Of a stretch of 64,000 nt of DNA, positions 53,504 through 62,503 are shown in pieces (positions within the stretch are counted from its first letter, which is position 1; each line of letters begins with the position of its first letter). The DNA comes from Spirochaetia bacterium (GTDB taxonomy: Bacteria; Spirochaetota; Spirochaetia; SZUA-6; Bin103), in NCBI GenBank assembly GCA_965208575.1, contig CBDBOV010000006.1:791808-855807 (forward strand). Direction: 5' to 3'. A model generated the notes under the pieces. That model did not search any database and had not been told where the DNA came from. It worked only from the letters and a program-made list of their open reading frames with translations. Both the position numbers and the translations under genes were made by a program.

Positions 53504-54721
53504 TCAATCGTCGAGGACGATCCAGTCGGACACCGGGTCCATGCGCCCGGTGGCGGAGTTGCCCTTGTAGATGCGCCCGACCGGGATCGAGTTGTTCCGG
53601 AACGTCACCGGCACGCCGATCAGGCCGCCGGTGTCCCAGTCCTTGATCCCGTCCAGGGTGGCCTTCAGGTTGTCGCCGGTCAGCTCCAGGCCGGCGTCCA
53701 TGGTACGCTTGATCACCTCGGTCAGAATCATGCCGGAGAACCACGCCTGCAGCGCATAGGTCGGCACGTACTCTACTCCTTGCGATTGCGCGACCTGGGC
53801 AATCAACCGCAGCGTCGCGGACTCCTCCTGCTCCCAGTAGTAGCGGTACGGAAACACGCCCATGTAGCGGTCGGCGAGCGGGCCGAGCTGCCGGATGATC
53901 AGCGGCTCCATGGCCCAGAACGTGCCCATGAACATGGCATCGACGCCGGTCTGCGCCGCCTGCACCATCACTTCCGGCCACACCGTGGCAACGTAGCCGT
54001 GGAAGATCACGTAGTCGGGCTGTGCGCGGCGCAGCTTGAGCACCTCGGGGGCCACGTCGATGCCGGCCGGCTGGGTCTCGATCTCGGCGACGATCTCGAT
54101 GCCGAGTTGCGCGGCGCGCTCCTTGGCGTACGGGATCGGGTCGCGGCCGAACTCCAGGTTGGAGTAGAACAGCGCCACGCGCGGCGCCGCGCCGCCGGTG
54201 CCGCCCTGCCCGGCGATGTACTCCAGCAGCATGCCGACCATCTCGGCGTAGGTGGGCCCGGTCAGGAACTGGTAGGGAAACCTGTCCGGATCGGCAAGCA
54301 CGGTGGCCAGCGAGCTGCCGCCCATCAGCACCTTGTAGCGCTCGTTGACCTCCGGCGCCGACAGCAGCGCAAAGCCGGTCGAGTCGCCGTAGAAGGCCAC
54401 CACCTCTTCTTCCTCGGCCATGACCTGCTTGAACACCGCCAGCGACTGCTCCGGCATCGAGCCGGAGTCATGACTCGCCAGCCGCACCGGCCGGCCGTTG
54501 ATGCCGCCGGTGGCGTTCAGGTAGCCGAGGTAGGCGCCCATGCCGAGACTGCCAAGCTCGCCCGCCTGGGCGTAGATGCCGGTCAACGGTATCGATGCGC
54601 CCCACACGATCTCGTGCTCGTCCGCAACCAGCGGCACCGCCGCCCCGATCAGTGCGGCGGCCAACGCCAGCGCCACGTTGCGGGCCATGCCCCGCACGAG
54701 TCCCACTCTTCTGCTCTTCAT
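53504..54721 (-). CDS. Branched-chain amino acid-type ABC substrate-binding protein (LivK/LivJ family)
   Basis: 405 aa with a signal peptide. Reads IVWGASIPLTGIYAQAGE... Confidence 0.8.
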   Translation of the reverse strand: MKSRRVGLVRGMARNVALALAAALIGAAVPLVADEHEIVWGASIPLTGIYAQAGELGSLGMGAYLGYLNATGGINGRPVRLASHDSGSMPEQSLAVFKQVMAEEEEVVAFYGDSTGFALLSAPEVNERYKVLMGGSSLATVLADPDRFPYQFLTGPTYAEMVGMLLEYIAGQGGTGGAAPRVALFYSNLEFGRDPIPYAKERAAQLGIEIVAEIETQPAGIDVAPEVLKLRRAQPDYVIFHGYVATVWPEVMVQAAQTGVDAMFMGTFWAMEPLIIRQLGPLADRYMGVFPYRYYWEQEESATLRLIAQVAQSQGVEYVPTYALQAWFSGMILTEVIKRTMDAGLELTGDNLKATLDGIKDWDTGGLIGVPVTFRNNSIPVGRIYKGNSATGRMDPVSDWIVLDD

Positions 54722-54725
54722 CCGG

Positions 54726-55799
54726 TTACTCCTTCGCCGCGGTTTTGAGCTTCAACCGCTTTCTGATTCGATTGATGATACCAGCCAGGCCGCCCGGCTC
54801 AAAGATCAGGAACAGCACGATCAACAGACCGAACAGCACCTCGCGCACGGGCGCCAGGAGGCCGGCCGCAAGCGGCCCGAACACGCCGGCGACCGCGGCA
54901 AGCGCCGCCGGCGTGGCGGTCATGAAGATAGCACCAAGCAGGACACCCTGTACAGTTCCCATGCCGCCCACCACGATCGCCGTCAGGTAGAACAGCGAGA
55001 GCTGGAAGCCGAACTGGCCGGGGGTCACCACCTTGTAGAAGTAGGCCATGAAGCCGCCCGCGAGGCCGGCAAAGAAGGAGCTGACGCCGAACGCGGCAAG
55101 CTGGTAGCGGCGCGGGTCGACGCCGAGCACCTCGGCGGCGCTGTCGCGGTCGCGCATGGCGATGAAGGCGCGCCCGGCGCGGGTGCGGAACAGGTTGCGC
55201 GTGAACAGCAGGGCCGCCACCGCGACCGCCGTGATCGGGTAGTACATCTCGCGCTCGGTGCTCATCTGCAGACCGGCAATCTGCGCCGGCGCGACGTTGG
55301 TGCCGCCGCGCCCGCCGGTGACCGGCTCCCACGCGTTGAACACGAAGCCCAGAATGAACTGCGCCGCGAGCGTGGCGATGGCCAGGTACAGCCCCTTGAT
55401 GCGCAGCGACGGCAGCCCGGTCGCCATCCCCGCACCGGCGGCCAGCAGACCCGCCATCAGCAGGCACAGGGAGGACGGCAGCCCCAGGTTGGCGCTGAAC
55501 CACGCCACGCCGTACGCGCCCACCCCCATGAAAGCGGCGTGGCCGAGCGAAATGAGTCCCGCGTAACCGGTCAGCACGTTCAGACCCACGGCGCTGATCA
55601 CGATGATCCCGAACAGGCACGCCACGTGCAGGTGATAGCTGTTGCCGAACAGCGGAATCCCCGCCAGCACCGCCGCCGCCAGCAGCGTGCCGGCCGCGCT
55701 CTTCGCGGTCAGGCCCGGGCGCGCATGCGTGCGACCGGTCGCCGCGCCGCCCGCACCCTGCACTGCAGAGGCCGCACGCGCCGGGCCCGGTGCGGTCAC
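54726..55799 (-). CDS. livM: Branched-chain amino acid ABC permease LivM-type
   Basis: The GTG overlaps the livH stop (GTGA). Reads ..NVLTGYAGLISLGHAAFMGVGAY... The 586-aa track ORF is read-through into livH antisense-free space. Confidence 0.8.
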   Translation of the reverse strand: MTAPGPARAASAVQGAGGAATGRTHARPGLTAKSAAGTLLAAAVLAGIPLFGNSYHLHVACLFGIIVISAVGLNVLTGYAGLISLGHAAFMGVGAYGVAWFSANLGLPSSLCLLMAGLLAAGAGMATGLPSLRIKGLYLAIATLAAQFILGFVFNAWEPVTGGRGGTNVAPAQIAGLQMSTEREMYYPITAVAVAALLFTRNLFRTRAGRAFIAMRDRDSAAEVLGVDPRRYQLAAFGVSSFFAGLAGGFMAYFYKVVTPGQFGFQLSLFYLTAIVVGGMGTVQGVLLGAIFMTATPAALAAVAGVFGPLAAGLLAPVREVLFGLLIVLFLIFEPGGLAGIINRIRKRLKLKTAAKE

Positions 55800-56668
55800 A
55801 GCCGCTCCACCCGCGGCGCGCCGAGCAGGCCGTGCGGACGCACCATCAGGATGGTCAGCAGCACCAGGAACGGTACCACGTCCTTGTAGGAGGCACCCAG
55901 GTAGAAACCGGTGACCGCTTCCAGCCAGCCGACGATCAGTCCGGCCAGTATGGCGCCGGCCAGACTGTCGAGGCCGCCGAGAATCACCACCGCCAGCACT
56001 GACAGCCCGATCCGTCCCATGTTGGGATTGAGCGTGGTGACCGAGCCCACCACGATGCCGGCCAGGGCAGCGGTCGCCGCGGCGCACGCCCAGGTCACGC
56101 TGAACATCGCCGGCACGTTGATGCCCAGCGAGCTCGCGGCCACCTGGTCCGACGCGGTGGCGCGCATCGCCAGCCCGAGGTTGGTAACCTTGAACAGCAC
56201 CCGGAACACCGCCACGGCGGCCAGCGCGAGCAGCGCGCCGTAGCCGGTGTTGGCGGGGATGTACATCGCCCCGAGGACAATCGGTTGCTGCGGAAATATG
56301 TCCGGCATGAAGAAGTCGCGCGCCGTCCACACGAGCTGCACCAGGCCGTGCAGGACCGCCGCCAGGCCGAAGGTCGCCATTACCGCCACGGTCTGCGAGC
56401 GACCCTCCAGCGGGCGCAGCAGGAGGCGCTCCACGACGGTCCCGAGCAGCGCCGTTGCGACGACTGCCAGCGGCAGCGCCGCCCACCAGGGCAGGTCCAG
56501 CTGCGCCGCGCCGGTGAAGTAGCAGTAAGCCCCGAACATCATGATGTTGCCGTGCGCGAAGTTCACGATGCGGGTGGCGCGGTACACGATCACGTAGCCG
56601 AGGCCGATCAGGCCGTACACGCCCCCGGCCGCCAACCCGACCAGGCTTATCTCGAGCAGAAACTCCAT
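55796..56668 (-). CDS. livH: Branched-chain amino acid ABC permease LivH-type
   Basis: 290 aa. Reads MEFLLEISLVGLAAGGVYGLIGLGYVIVYRATRIVNFAHGN. Confidence 0.85.
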   Translation of the reverse strand: MEFLLEISLVGLAAGGVYGLIGLGYVIVYRATRIVNFAHGNIMMFGAYCYFTGAAQLDLPWWAALPLAVVATALLGTVVERLLLRPLEGRSQTVAVMATFGLAAVLHGLVQLVWTARDFFMPDIFPQQPIVLGAMYIPANTGYGALLALAAVAVFRVLFKVTNLGLAMRATASDQVAASSLGINVPAMFSVTWACAAATAALAGIVVGSVTTLNPNMGRIGLSVLAVVILGGLDSLAGAILAGLIVGWLEAVTGFYLGASYKDVVPFLVLLTILMVRPHGLLGAPRVERL

Positions 56669-56681
56669 CAGCGGCGGTCCG

Positions 56682-57479
56682 TTACGACGCCTGCTCCGCC
56701 TCGGCGCCGAGATAGGCGGCGATCACCGCCGGGTCCTCGCGTACCCGCTCCGGCGTGCCGGCCGCGATCACCCGCCCGAAGTCCAGCACCACAACCTGGT
56801 CGGCCAGGTCCATCACCACGTGCATGTCGTGTTCCACCAGCAGCACCGTGATACCGCGCAGCCGCTGCAGGTCACGGATCAGGCGCATCATCTGCTCCCG
56901 GTCGCCGTGGGCCAAGCCGGCGGCCGGTTCGTCCAGCAGCAGCAGCCGCGGCTGCATGGCGATCGCCCGCGCCAGTTCGACGCGCTTGCGCAGCCCGTAG
57001 GGCAGCGCCGCCGCGGACTCCCCGAGAATCTCGCGGATGCCGAGCAGGTCGGCCACCTCCTCGTTGATGTACTCCTCCAAGCGCCGCTCCTCGCGCCGTG
57101 CCCGCCCCAGGTACAGCCCGCCGGCCAGCAGCCCGCTGCGCAGGTGCACGTGGCGGCCGAGCTTGACGTTGTCCAGCACCGACATGCTCGGAAACAGCGC
57201 GATGTTCTGGAACGTGCGCGCCACGCCCAGCGCCGCACGGCGCGCTGCCGGCAGGCGGGTCACATCCGCGCCCGCGAACACGATCCGGCCGGCGTGCGGC
57301 CGGTAGCTGCCCGACACCGAGTTGAACAGGCTCGTCTTGCCGGCGCCATTGGGCCCGATGATGGCGGTGATGCCGCCCTCCGGGACCTGCAGCGACACCT
57401 CGTCGAGCACCGCCAGCCCGCCGAACTGCAGGCACAGGCCGTCCACTTCCAGGAGGTAGCTGGTGACCACGTTGCTCAT
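56682..57479 (-). CDS. livG: Branched-chain amino acid ABC ATPase LivG-type
   Basis: Motifs: Walker A GPNGAGKTS, signature region LPYGLRKRVELARA, Walker B LLLLDEPAAGL. Confidence 0.85.
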   Translation of the reverse strand: MSNVVTSYLLEVDGLCLQFGGLAVLDEVSLQVPEGGITAIIGPNGAGKTSLFNSVSGSYRPHAGRIVFAGADVTRLPAARRAALGVARTFQNIALFPSMSVLDNVKLGRHVHLRSGLLAGGLYLGRARREERRLEEYINEEVADLLGIREILGESAAALPYGLRKRVELARAIAMQPRLLLLDEPAAGLAHGDREQMMRLIRDLQRLRGITVLLVEHDMHVVMDLADQVVVLDFGRVIAAGTPERVREDPAVIAAYLGAEAEQAS

Positions 57480-57649
57480 GAGTGGGCGGGGTCAGTAGAC
57501 GTGTACACGGGATCGGACGTCAACCATGGCCGGGCCGTGTTACCGTAGAGCGAGCCGTTCACCCGGTGTCGACGCGGCACTTACCTTGCGCATCCGCTCG
57601 GGAGCGGCCATCCGGTGTAGGATGCCCGGCCGAAGGCGGTGATGTTGCG

Positions 57650-58522
57650 ATGACTTCCCTTGCCACGCTGACCGGCGAGCAGGCCGATCACTTCGTGGAG
57701 CACGGCTACGTGGTGGTGCCCGACTGTCTGGACCCCGGCCTGGCACGGCGCTGGACCGACCTGGCCTGCCGCCGGCTCGGCTACGACCGGGCGGATGCGG
57801 CGACCTGGGCGGAGGAGATCGTGTGGATGGACCGCCACACCACCGCGCCGGTGAGTGACATCTCGCCTCGAGGCTGGGGCGCGCTGTGCGACGTGGTGGG
57901 CGGCGAGGAGCGTATCGACCCACGGGTGTACGAGATCGAGTCGCGGCACTTCACCACCATCGATGCATTCGAGTGGTCGGACGCGTTCATCGTCAACTTC
58001 CGGCGCGGAGCCGACCAGCCGTGGCAGCCGCCGGGACCCGATGTCCCCGGCTGGCACAAGGACGGCAGCTACTTCCGCCACTTCCTCGACAGCCGCGAGC
58101 AGGCGCTGCTCACCGTGCTGCTGTGGTCGGAAGTAGCGCCGCGCGGCGGCGGCACCTTCATTGCGCCCGACTCGGTCGGAGTGGTTGCCCGCTACCTGGC
58201 GGAGCGTCCCGAGGGGGCCTCGCCCGGCGCGTTCGGGGAACTGATCCGGGAGTGCCGCGAGTTCGTGGAGTTGACCGGCCCGCCCGGCACGCTGGTGATC
58301 CTGCACCCGTTCATGCTGCACGCCTCCTCCAACAACCACTCCGGGCGCCCGCGCTTCATGTCCAATCCGCCGATGGTCCTGCGCGAGCCGCTCAACCTGC
58401 AGCGCGACGACGCCGGCGATTACTCGCTCCTGGAACGCACCACCCTGCACGCCCTGGGCGTCCCGCACTGCGACTTCCGCCCGTCAGTGCCGCGCGAGTC
58501 GTACTGGAAGCAGATCCGGTAG
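57650..58522 (+). CDS. Phytanoyl-CoA dioxygenase (PhyH) family oxygenase
   Basis: Reads MTSLATLTGEQADHFVEHGYVVVPDCL...GWHKDGSYF...LVILHPFMLHASSNN. The ORF is open from 57482. Confidence 0.75.
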   Translation: MTSLATLTGEQADHFVEHGYVVVPDCLDPGLARRWTDLACRRLGYDRADAATWAEEIVWMDRHTTAPVSDISPRGWGALCDVVGGEERIDPRVYEIESRHFTTIDAFEWSDAFIVNFRRGADQPWQPPGPDVPGWHKDGSYFRHFLDSREQALLTVLLWSEVAPRGGGTFIAPDSVGVVARYLAERPEGASPGAFGELIRECREFVELTGPPGTLVILHPFMLHASSNNHSGRPRFMSNPPMVLREPLNLQRDDAGDYSLLERTTLHALGVPHCDFRPSVPRESYWKQIR

Positions 58523-58575
58523 CTTTACGCGCGCCGCGGTTTGACGGCAAGGTGGGACGGGTGAAGCACAACACC

Positions 58576-59331
58576 ATGAAGCGCAAGATGCTCGCCGGTG
58601 AGCCGGTGGTCGGCGCGGAGCTGGCGATCGGCTGCCCGCTGGTCGGCGAGATGTTCTCGCTGGCCGGGTTCGACTTCGTCCAGGTGGACTGCCAGCACGG
58701 CGTGTGGGACGACACCACCGCCATGCAGGCGCTGCACCACATACTCATCGGACCGGCGACGCCGTCGGTGCGGGTGCCGGACAACGACTACGCGGCGATC
58801 GGCCGGCTCCTCGACCGCGGCGCGCTCAGCATCATCGTGCCGATGGTCAACACTCCCGCCGAGGCGCGGCGCGCGGTCGACGCGGTGCGCTACCCGCCGC
58901 TGGGCAAGCGCTCCGGCGGCGGCCCCACCGGCTACCTGAGCTACGGCAGCGACTATTCCGCCCGCGCCAACGAAGAGGTGCTGCTGATGGTGCAGATCGA
59001 GACCGCGCAAGCGGCGGAGGCGGCAGAGGAGATCCTCGGCGTGGACGGGGTCGACGGCTGCATGATAGGCCCAGGCGACCTGAGCCGCACCATGGGCGTC
59101 GACCTGAGCAAGCCGGCGGACCGGGACCGGCATGCCGGCGTGATCCGCGAGGTGCGCGAGACCTGCGTGCGGGTGGGCAAGCTGCCCGGCATCGCCACCG
59201 GCGGACGCGGCGCCGAGCAGTGCCTGAAGGACGGTTTCCTGTTCGTGCTCGCCGTGGGCGACTACGCGTTCCTGAACCAGGGCGCCCACGACGTGGTGGA
59301 GTGGCTCAACGGAGTGCGCGCCGCCGGCTGA
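58576..59331 (+). CDS. HpcH/HpaI aldolase family protein
   Basis: Reads MKRKMLAGEPVVGAELAIGCPLVGEMFSLAGFDFVQVDCQHG...VPMVNTPAEARRAVDAVRYPPLGKRS...MVQIETAQAAEAAEEILGVDGVDGCMIGPGDLS. Confidence 0.8.
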   Translation: MKRKMLAGEPVVGAELAIGCPLVGEMFSLAGFDFVQVDCQHGVWDDTTAMQALHHILIGPATPSVRVPDNDYAAIGRLLDRGALSIIVPMVNTPAEARRAVDAVRYPPLGKRSGGGPTGYLSYGSDYSARANEEVLLMVQIETAQAAEAAEEILGVDGVDGCMIGPGDLSRTMGVDLSKPADRDRHAGVIREVRETCVRVGKLPGIATGGRGAEQCLKDGFLFVLAVGDYAFLNQGAHDVVEWLNGVRAAG

Positions 59332-59472
59332 CTCGCCTTGCAACGCAGTACCGCCGCGCGCCGGGAGTCGACGCGCGGCGGTGAGGGAGGGGAACTCCCC
59401 GGCTCGGCGACGGCGTGCCGGGCGGCGGCGGACGCCGCCGCGGCGACGCCGCACCGCCGGGCCGGGACGGCG

Positions 59473-60351
59473 CTACATGGCGCCTTGCGGGCTTGCCTCC
59501 GGGGCAGCCTCAGGCTGAGGCGCATCCGGCTGCATGTGCCGGAAGTTGCGCCGCATCTGTTCGAAGCGTTCGCGGTTGCGCTCCCACCACTCCTGCATCG
59601 CCTCCGGATCCAGGTCGCCGCGCCCGAACGCGCGCATCTGGAAGAAAGGCCAGGGGCGGTAGCGCAGGCCGAGCATCGCCGTGCCGGTCTCCGGGTGCTC
59701 GCCCAGGGTCACCGCGGCGCTCATCGCCTCGCCGGCGCGCTCGTAGTCGAGGCTGATGCTGGCGCCGGGCTCGAAGCCGCCGATCACCTCGGCCAGGTTG
59801 CCCGCCGTCTCGCTCAGCTCGGTACCGTCGACGGCGGTGATCCAGTCGCCGGGCTGTAGACCCGCCGCGGCGGCCGGGCTGTCGGGAACCACCTCCATCA
59901 CGATGGCGCCGGGGGCCGCGAGCTCCTCGAAGGAGAACTCGCCGGCATCGGGAGCCATCTCCCCGTCCTTATCGTGCGGCTCCTCGGCCATGCCGAGCTG
60001 CTCCGGCTGCGGCCCGGCGTTGGACACCATCAGCCCGAGACGGGGGCGCCCCCACACGTAGGCGATCGCCACGACCTGGTCGATCATCTCGTCGCCGCGC
60101 GTGATGGCGAGCGTGACCTCGGCGTGCTCGGCGTCGGCCAGCGCCCCGGTCAGGTCGCCGATGTGCGCCACCGGCAGACCGTCGATCCCTACGATCAGGT
60201 CGCCGCGTTGCACACCCGCCGCCGCCGCAGGACCGTTGGGGTCGACGTCCGTAACCAGGACACCGGGCGGTGCATCCGTGTCCGCCGCCAGCGGCATAAC
60301 GGCCACCAGCAGGACGGCCGCCGCTGCGGCGGCCCTTGTCATCAATCTCAT
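59473..60351 (-). CDS. Secreted protein with two PDZ domains
   Basis: Signal peptide MRLMTRAAAAAAVLLVAVMPLAA. PDZ-like segments GVLVTDVDPNGPAAAAGVQRGDLIVGIDG and GAIVMEVVPDSPAAAAGLQPGDWITAVDG. There is an alternative ATG at 60366. Confidence 0.75.
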   Translation of the reverse strand: MRLMTRAAAAAAVLLVAVMPLAADTDAPPGVLVTDVDPNGPAAAAGVQRGDLIVGIDGLPVAHIGDLTGALADAEHAEVTLAITRGDEMIDQVVAIAYVWGRPRLGLMVSNAGPQPEQLGMAEEPHDKDGEMAPDAGEFSFEELAAPGAIVMEVVPDSPAAAAGLQPGDWITAVDGTELSETAGNLAEVIGGFEPGASISLDYERAGEAMSAAVTLGEHPETGTAMLGLRYRPWPFFQMRAFGRGDLDPEAMQEWWERNRERFEQMRRNFRHMQPDAPQPEAAPEASPQGAM

Positions 60352-60474
60352 ATTCCGTACCTCCATGCGATCGATGTGAAAGTGATGCAGGGAAACGTAC
60401 CCGGCCAGTTTTATTGGGCAGTAAAACGACGGTTACAATTTCGCAACACTGCGTCCGGCGCGGATTCTCGTACG

Positions 60475-61308
60475 CTATCCGGTGCCGAGCATCACCTCGA
60501 GCTGGTCGTGCGGCTTGTAGTAGTCGGTGGCGATGTAGTCGTCGCCCATGTCGCCGAGCAGGCGGCGGCGGCGCGCCGGCATGCGCGCGAGCACTTCGGC
60601 GGGCGCCTTCTCGTAGTCGTAGGGGCGGCACCACATCTGGCCGTAGCGGAAGGTCACGCTGCGCCGCACCGAGTCGCCGTGGTTGGGAGCGACGCTGTGC
60701 CACAGGCTGTGCGGAAAGATCGCCACGTCGCCGGCCTGCACGCGGAGCTGGATCGCCCCGTCCGGGTCTACGCCGGCGGCAAACCCGGCCTCGGGAAACT
60801 CACGGCGGTGGCTGCCGGGCACCAGGCAGAAGTTGGCGCGGTCCGGGTCCGGGATGTCGGTCAGGAAGAACTGCACCTTGAAGTTCAGCGGCAGGCTGTC
60901 GTCGGTGACGCGGATCTGCTGCAGCGAGCGCCCGGCGTCGGTGTGCCACCGGAAGTCGGACTCGCGGCCCGCGGGACGCACGTAGATCTGCGTGCCCATG
61001 AGCTGCAGGTAGGGGCCCATCAGCCCCAGGATGGTGGGGAACGTGCCGGGGTGATCGATCAGGTCGTCCAGGCCGGCGGTGCGCCAGATCGCCTGCACAA
61101 TGGTGTAGGAGCCGGGATGCGCGAAGCCCGGATCCGCCTCGTAGGCGGCGATCACGTCGTCGGCGGCGGCCAGGAAGGCGGCGGCCTGATCGCGGGAAAT
61201 GGCCTGGCGCAGCAGCAGGTAGCCCTGCTCGCGCCACTGGGCAAGCACGTCCTCGCCGACGGCGGCGGCGGTTTCGGTGGCGGTTTCGGTGGCTGAAATG
61301 GCTGACAT
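60475..61308 (-). CDS. Phytanoyl-CoA dioxygenase (PhyH) family oxygenase
   Basis: 277 aa. Reads WREQGYLLLRQAIS...FRWHTDAG...GDVAIFPHSLWHSVAPN. Confidence 0.8.
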   Translation of the reverse strand: MSAISATETATETAAAVGEDVLAQWREQGYLLLRQAISRDQAAAFLAAADDVIAAYEADPGFAHPGSYTIVQAIWRTAGLDDLIDHPGTFPTILGLMGPYLQLMGTQIYVRPAGRESDFRWHTDAGRSLQQIRVTDDSLPLNFKVQFFLTDIPDPDRANFCLVPGSHRREFPEAGFAAGVDPDGAIQLRVQAGDVAIFPHSLWHSVAPNHGDSVRRSVTFRYGQMWCRPYDYEKAPAEVLARMPARRRRLLGDMGDDYIATDYYKPHDQLEVMLGTG

Positions 61309-61331
61309 ATCCCGATTCTATCATCTTCGGT

Positions 61332-62234
61332 ATGCTCGTCACGCTGATGAATACCGACCGCGAAGCTGCCCGCATCGCCAGCCTGCTGGAGCAGCAGAAC
61401 TACATCGCCGACGACGCCATCGTCACCTCGTTGCTGATCGCGGAACTGTTGCGCAAGCCGCTGCTGGTGGAGGGGCCCGCCGGCGTCGGCAAGACCGAAA
61501 TCGCGAAGGTGATGGCGCGCGCGCTGGATACCGACCTGATCCGCCTGCAGTGCTACGAGGGGCTGGACGCTAGCACCGCGCTGTACGAGTGGGACTACAA
61601 GCGCCAGTTGCTGCACATCCGCCTGAGCGAACACGACAGCGCCTCGGTGGCCGAGCGGGAACGGCAACTGTTTGACGAGCGCTACCTGCTCAAGCGTCCC
61701 CTGCTGCAGGCGATCACCCACCACCGCAGCCCGGTGCTGCTGGTGGACGAGCTGGACCGCGCCGACGAGGAGTTCGAGGCGTTCCTGCTGGAGGTGCTGT
61801 CCGACTGGCAGATTTCGATTCCCGAGCTGGGCACCGTGAGCGCCCGCCACGTGCCGTACGTGGTGGTAACCAGCAACCGCACGCGCGACCTGTCGGACGC
61901 GGTGCGGCGGCGCTGCCTGTACCTGTGGATCGACTACCCCGACTTCGCCAAGGAACTGGCCATCGTACGGCGCCGCGTGCCGGGCATCGACCGGCACCTG
62001 GCCGAACAGATCTGCCGCTTCGTGGAGGCGGCGCGCCGCGAGCCGCTGGAGAAGGTTCCGGGCGTCGCCGAGACGCTGGACTGGGCATCCACGCTGGTGG
62101 CGCTGCACCGCGACCACCTCGACGAGGCGACGGTGGCGGCCACGCTCGGCGTGCTGTTCAAGAGCCAGGACGACGTCACCGGAGTGCGCCGCCGCACCGG
62201 CGGGATGCTGGCCGCCCTGGCGGCGTCAGACTAG
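61332..62234 (+). CDS. MoxR/CoxD-like AAA+ ATPase (AAA_5)
   Basis: Walker A GPAGVGKT, Walker B VLLVDELDRADEEFEAFLLEVL, then ..VVVTSNRTRDLSDAVRRRC. Confidence 0.85.
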   Translation: MLVTLMNTDREAARIASLLEQQNYIADDAIVTSLLIAELLRKPLLVEGPAGVGKTEIAKVMARALDTDLIRLQCYEGLDASTALYEWDYKRQLLHIRLSEHDSASVAERERQLFDERYLLKRPLLQAITHHRSPVLLVDELDRADEEFEAFLLEVLSDWQISIPELGTVSARHVPYVVVTSNRTRDLSDAVRRRCLYLWIDYPDFAKELAIVRRRVPGIDRHLAEQICRFVEAARREPLEKVPGVAETLDWASTLVALHRDHLDEATVAATLGVLFKSQDDVTGVRRRTGGMLAALAASD

Positions 62235-62391
62235 CGGCCGGTGGTGAAACCCTCGGTTGGACCCACAGCGGCGCCGTGCCCGGCCGGCAGGGCGCGGCGA
62301 TCGAGCCTGTCGGGCACGGGCGGGCAAGCAGCGGCGCGGCCGGCAGCGATGCATCCGCGTTCGACGCAGCCGGAGTTTCGCCGCCGGCGGC
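62235..62391. repeat. MITE/REP-like palindromic element (M3) between the moxR-like and VWA genes
   Basis: Ends are ggccggtggtgaaaccc ... gccggagtttcgccgccggcggcc (imperfect terminal inverted repeats). The internal blocks are shared with M2. Confidence 0.55.
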
Positions 62392-62503
62392 CAGGCGCCG
62401 GCGGCGGCAGCACGCATAGCCCCTCCTGCGCCGCGCACTGGCCGGCGGACGGCGGGCGCCGGGGCCGTCGCGAGCGCGGCGCCGTGCGGAGTGCGGCGCG
62501 ACA

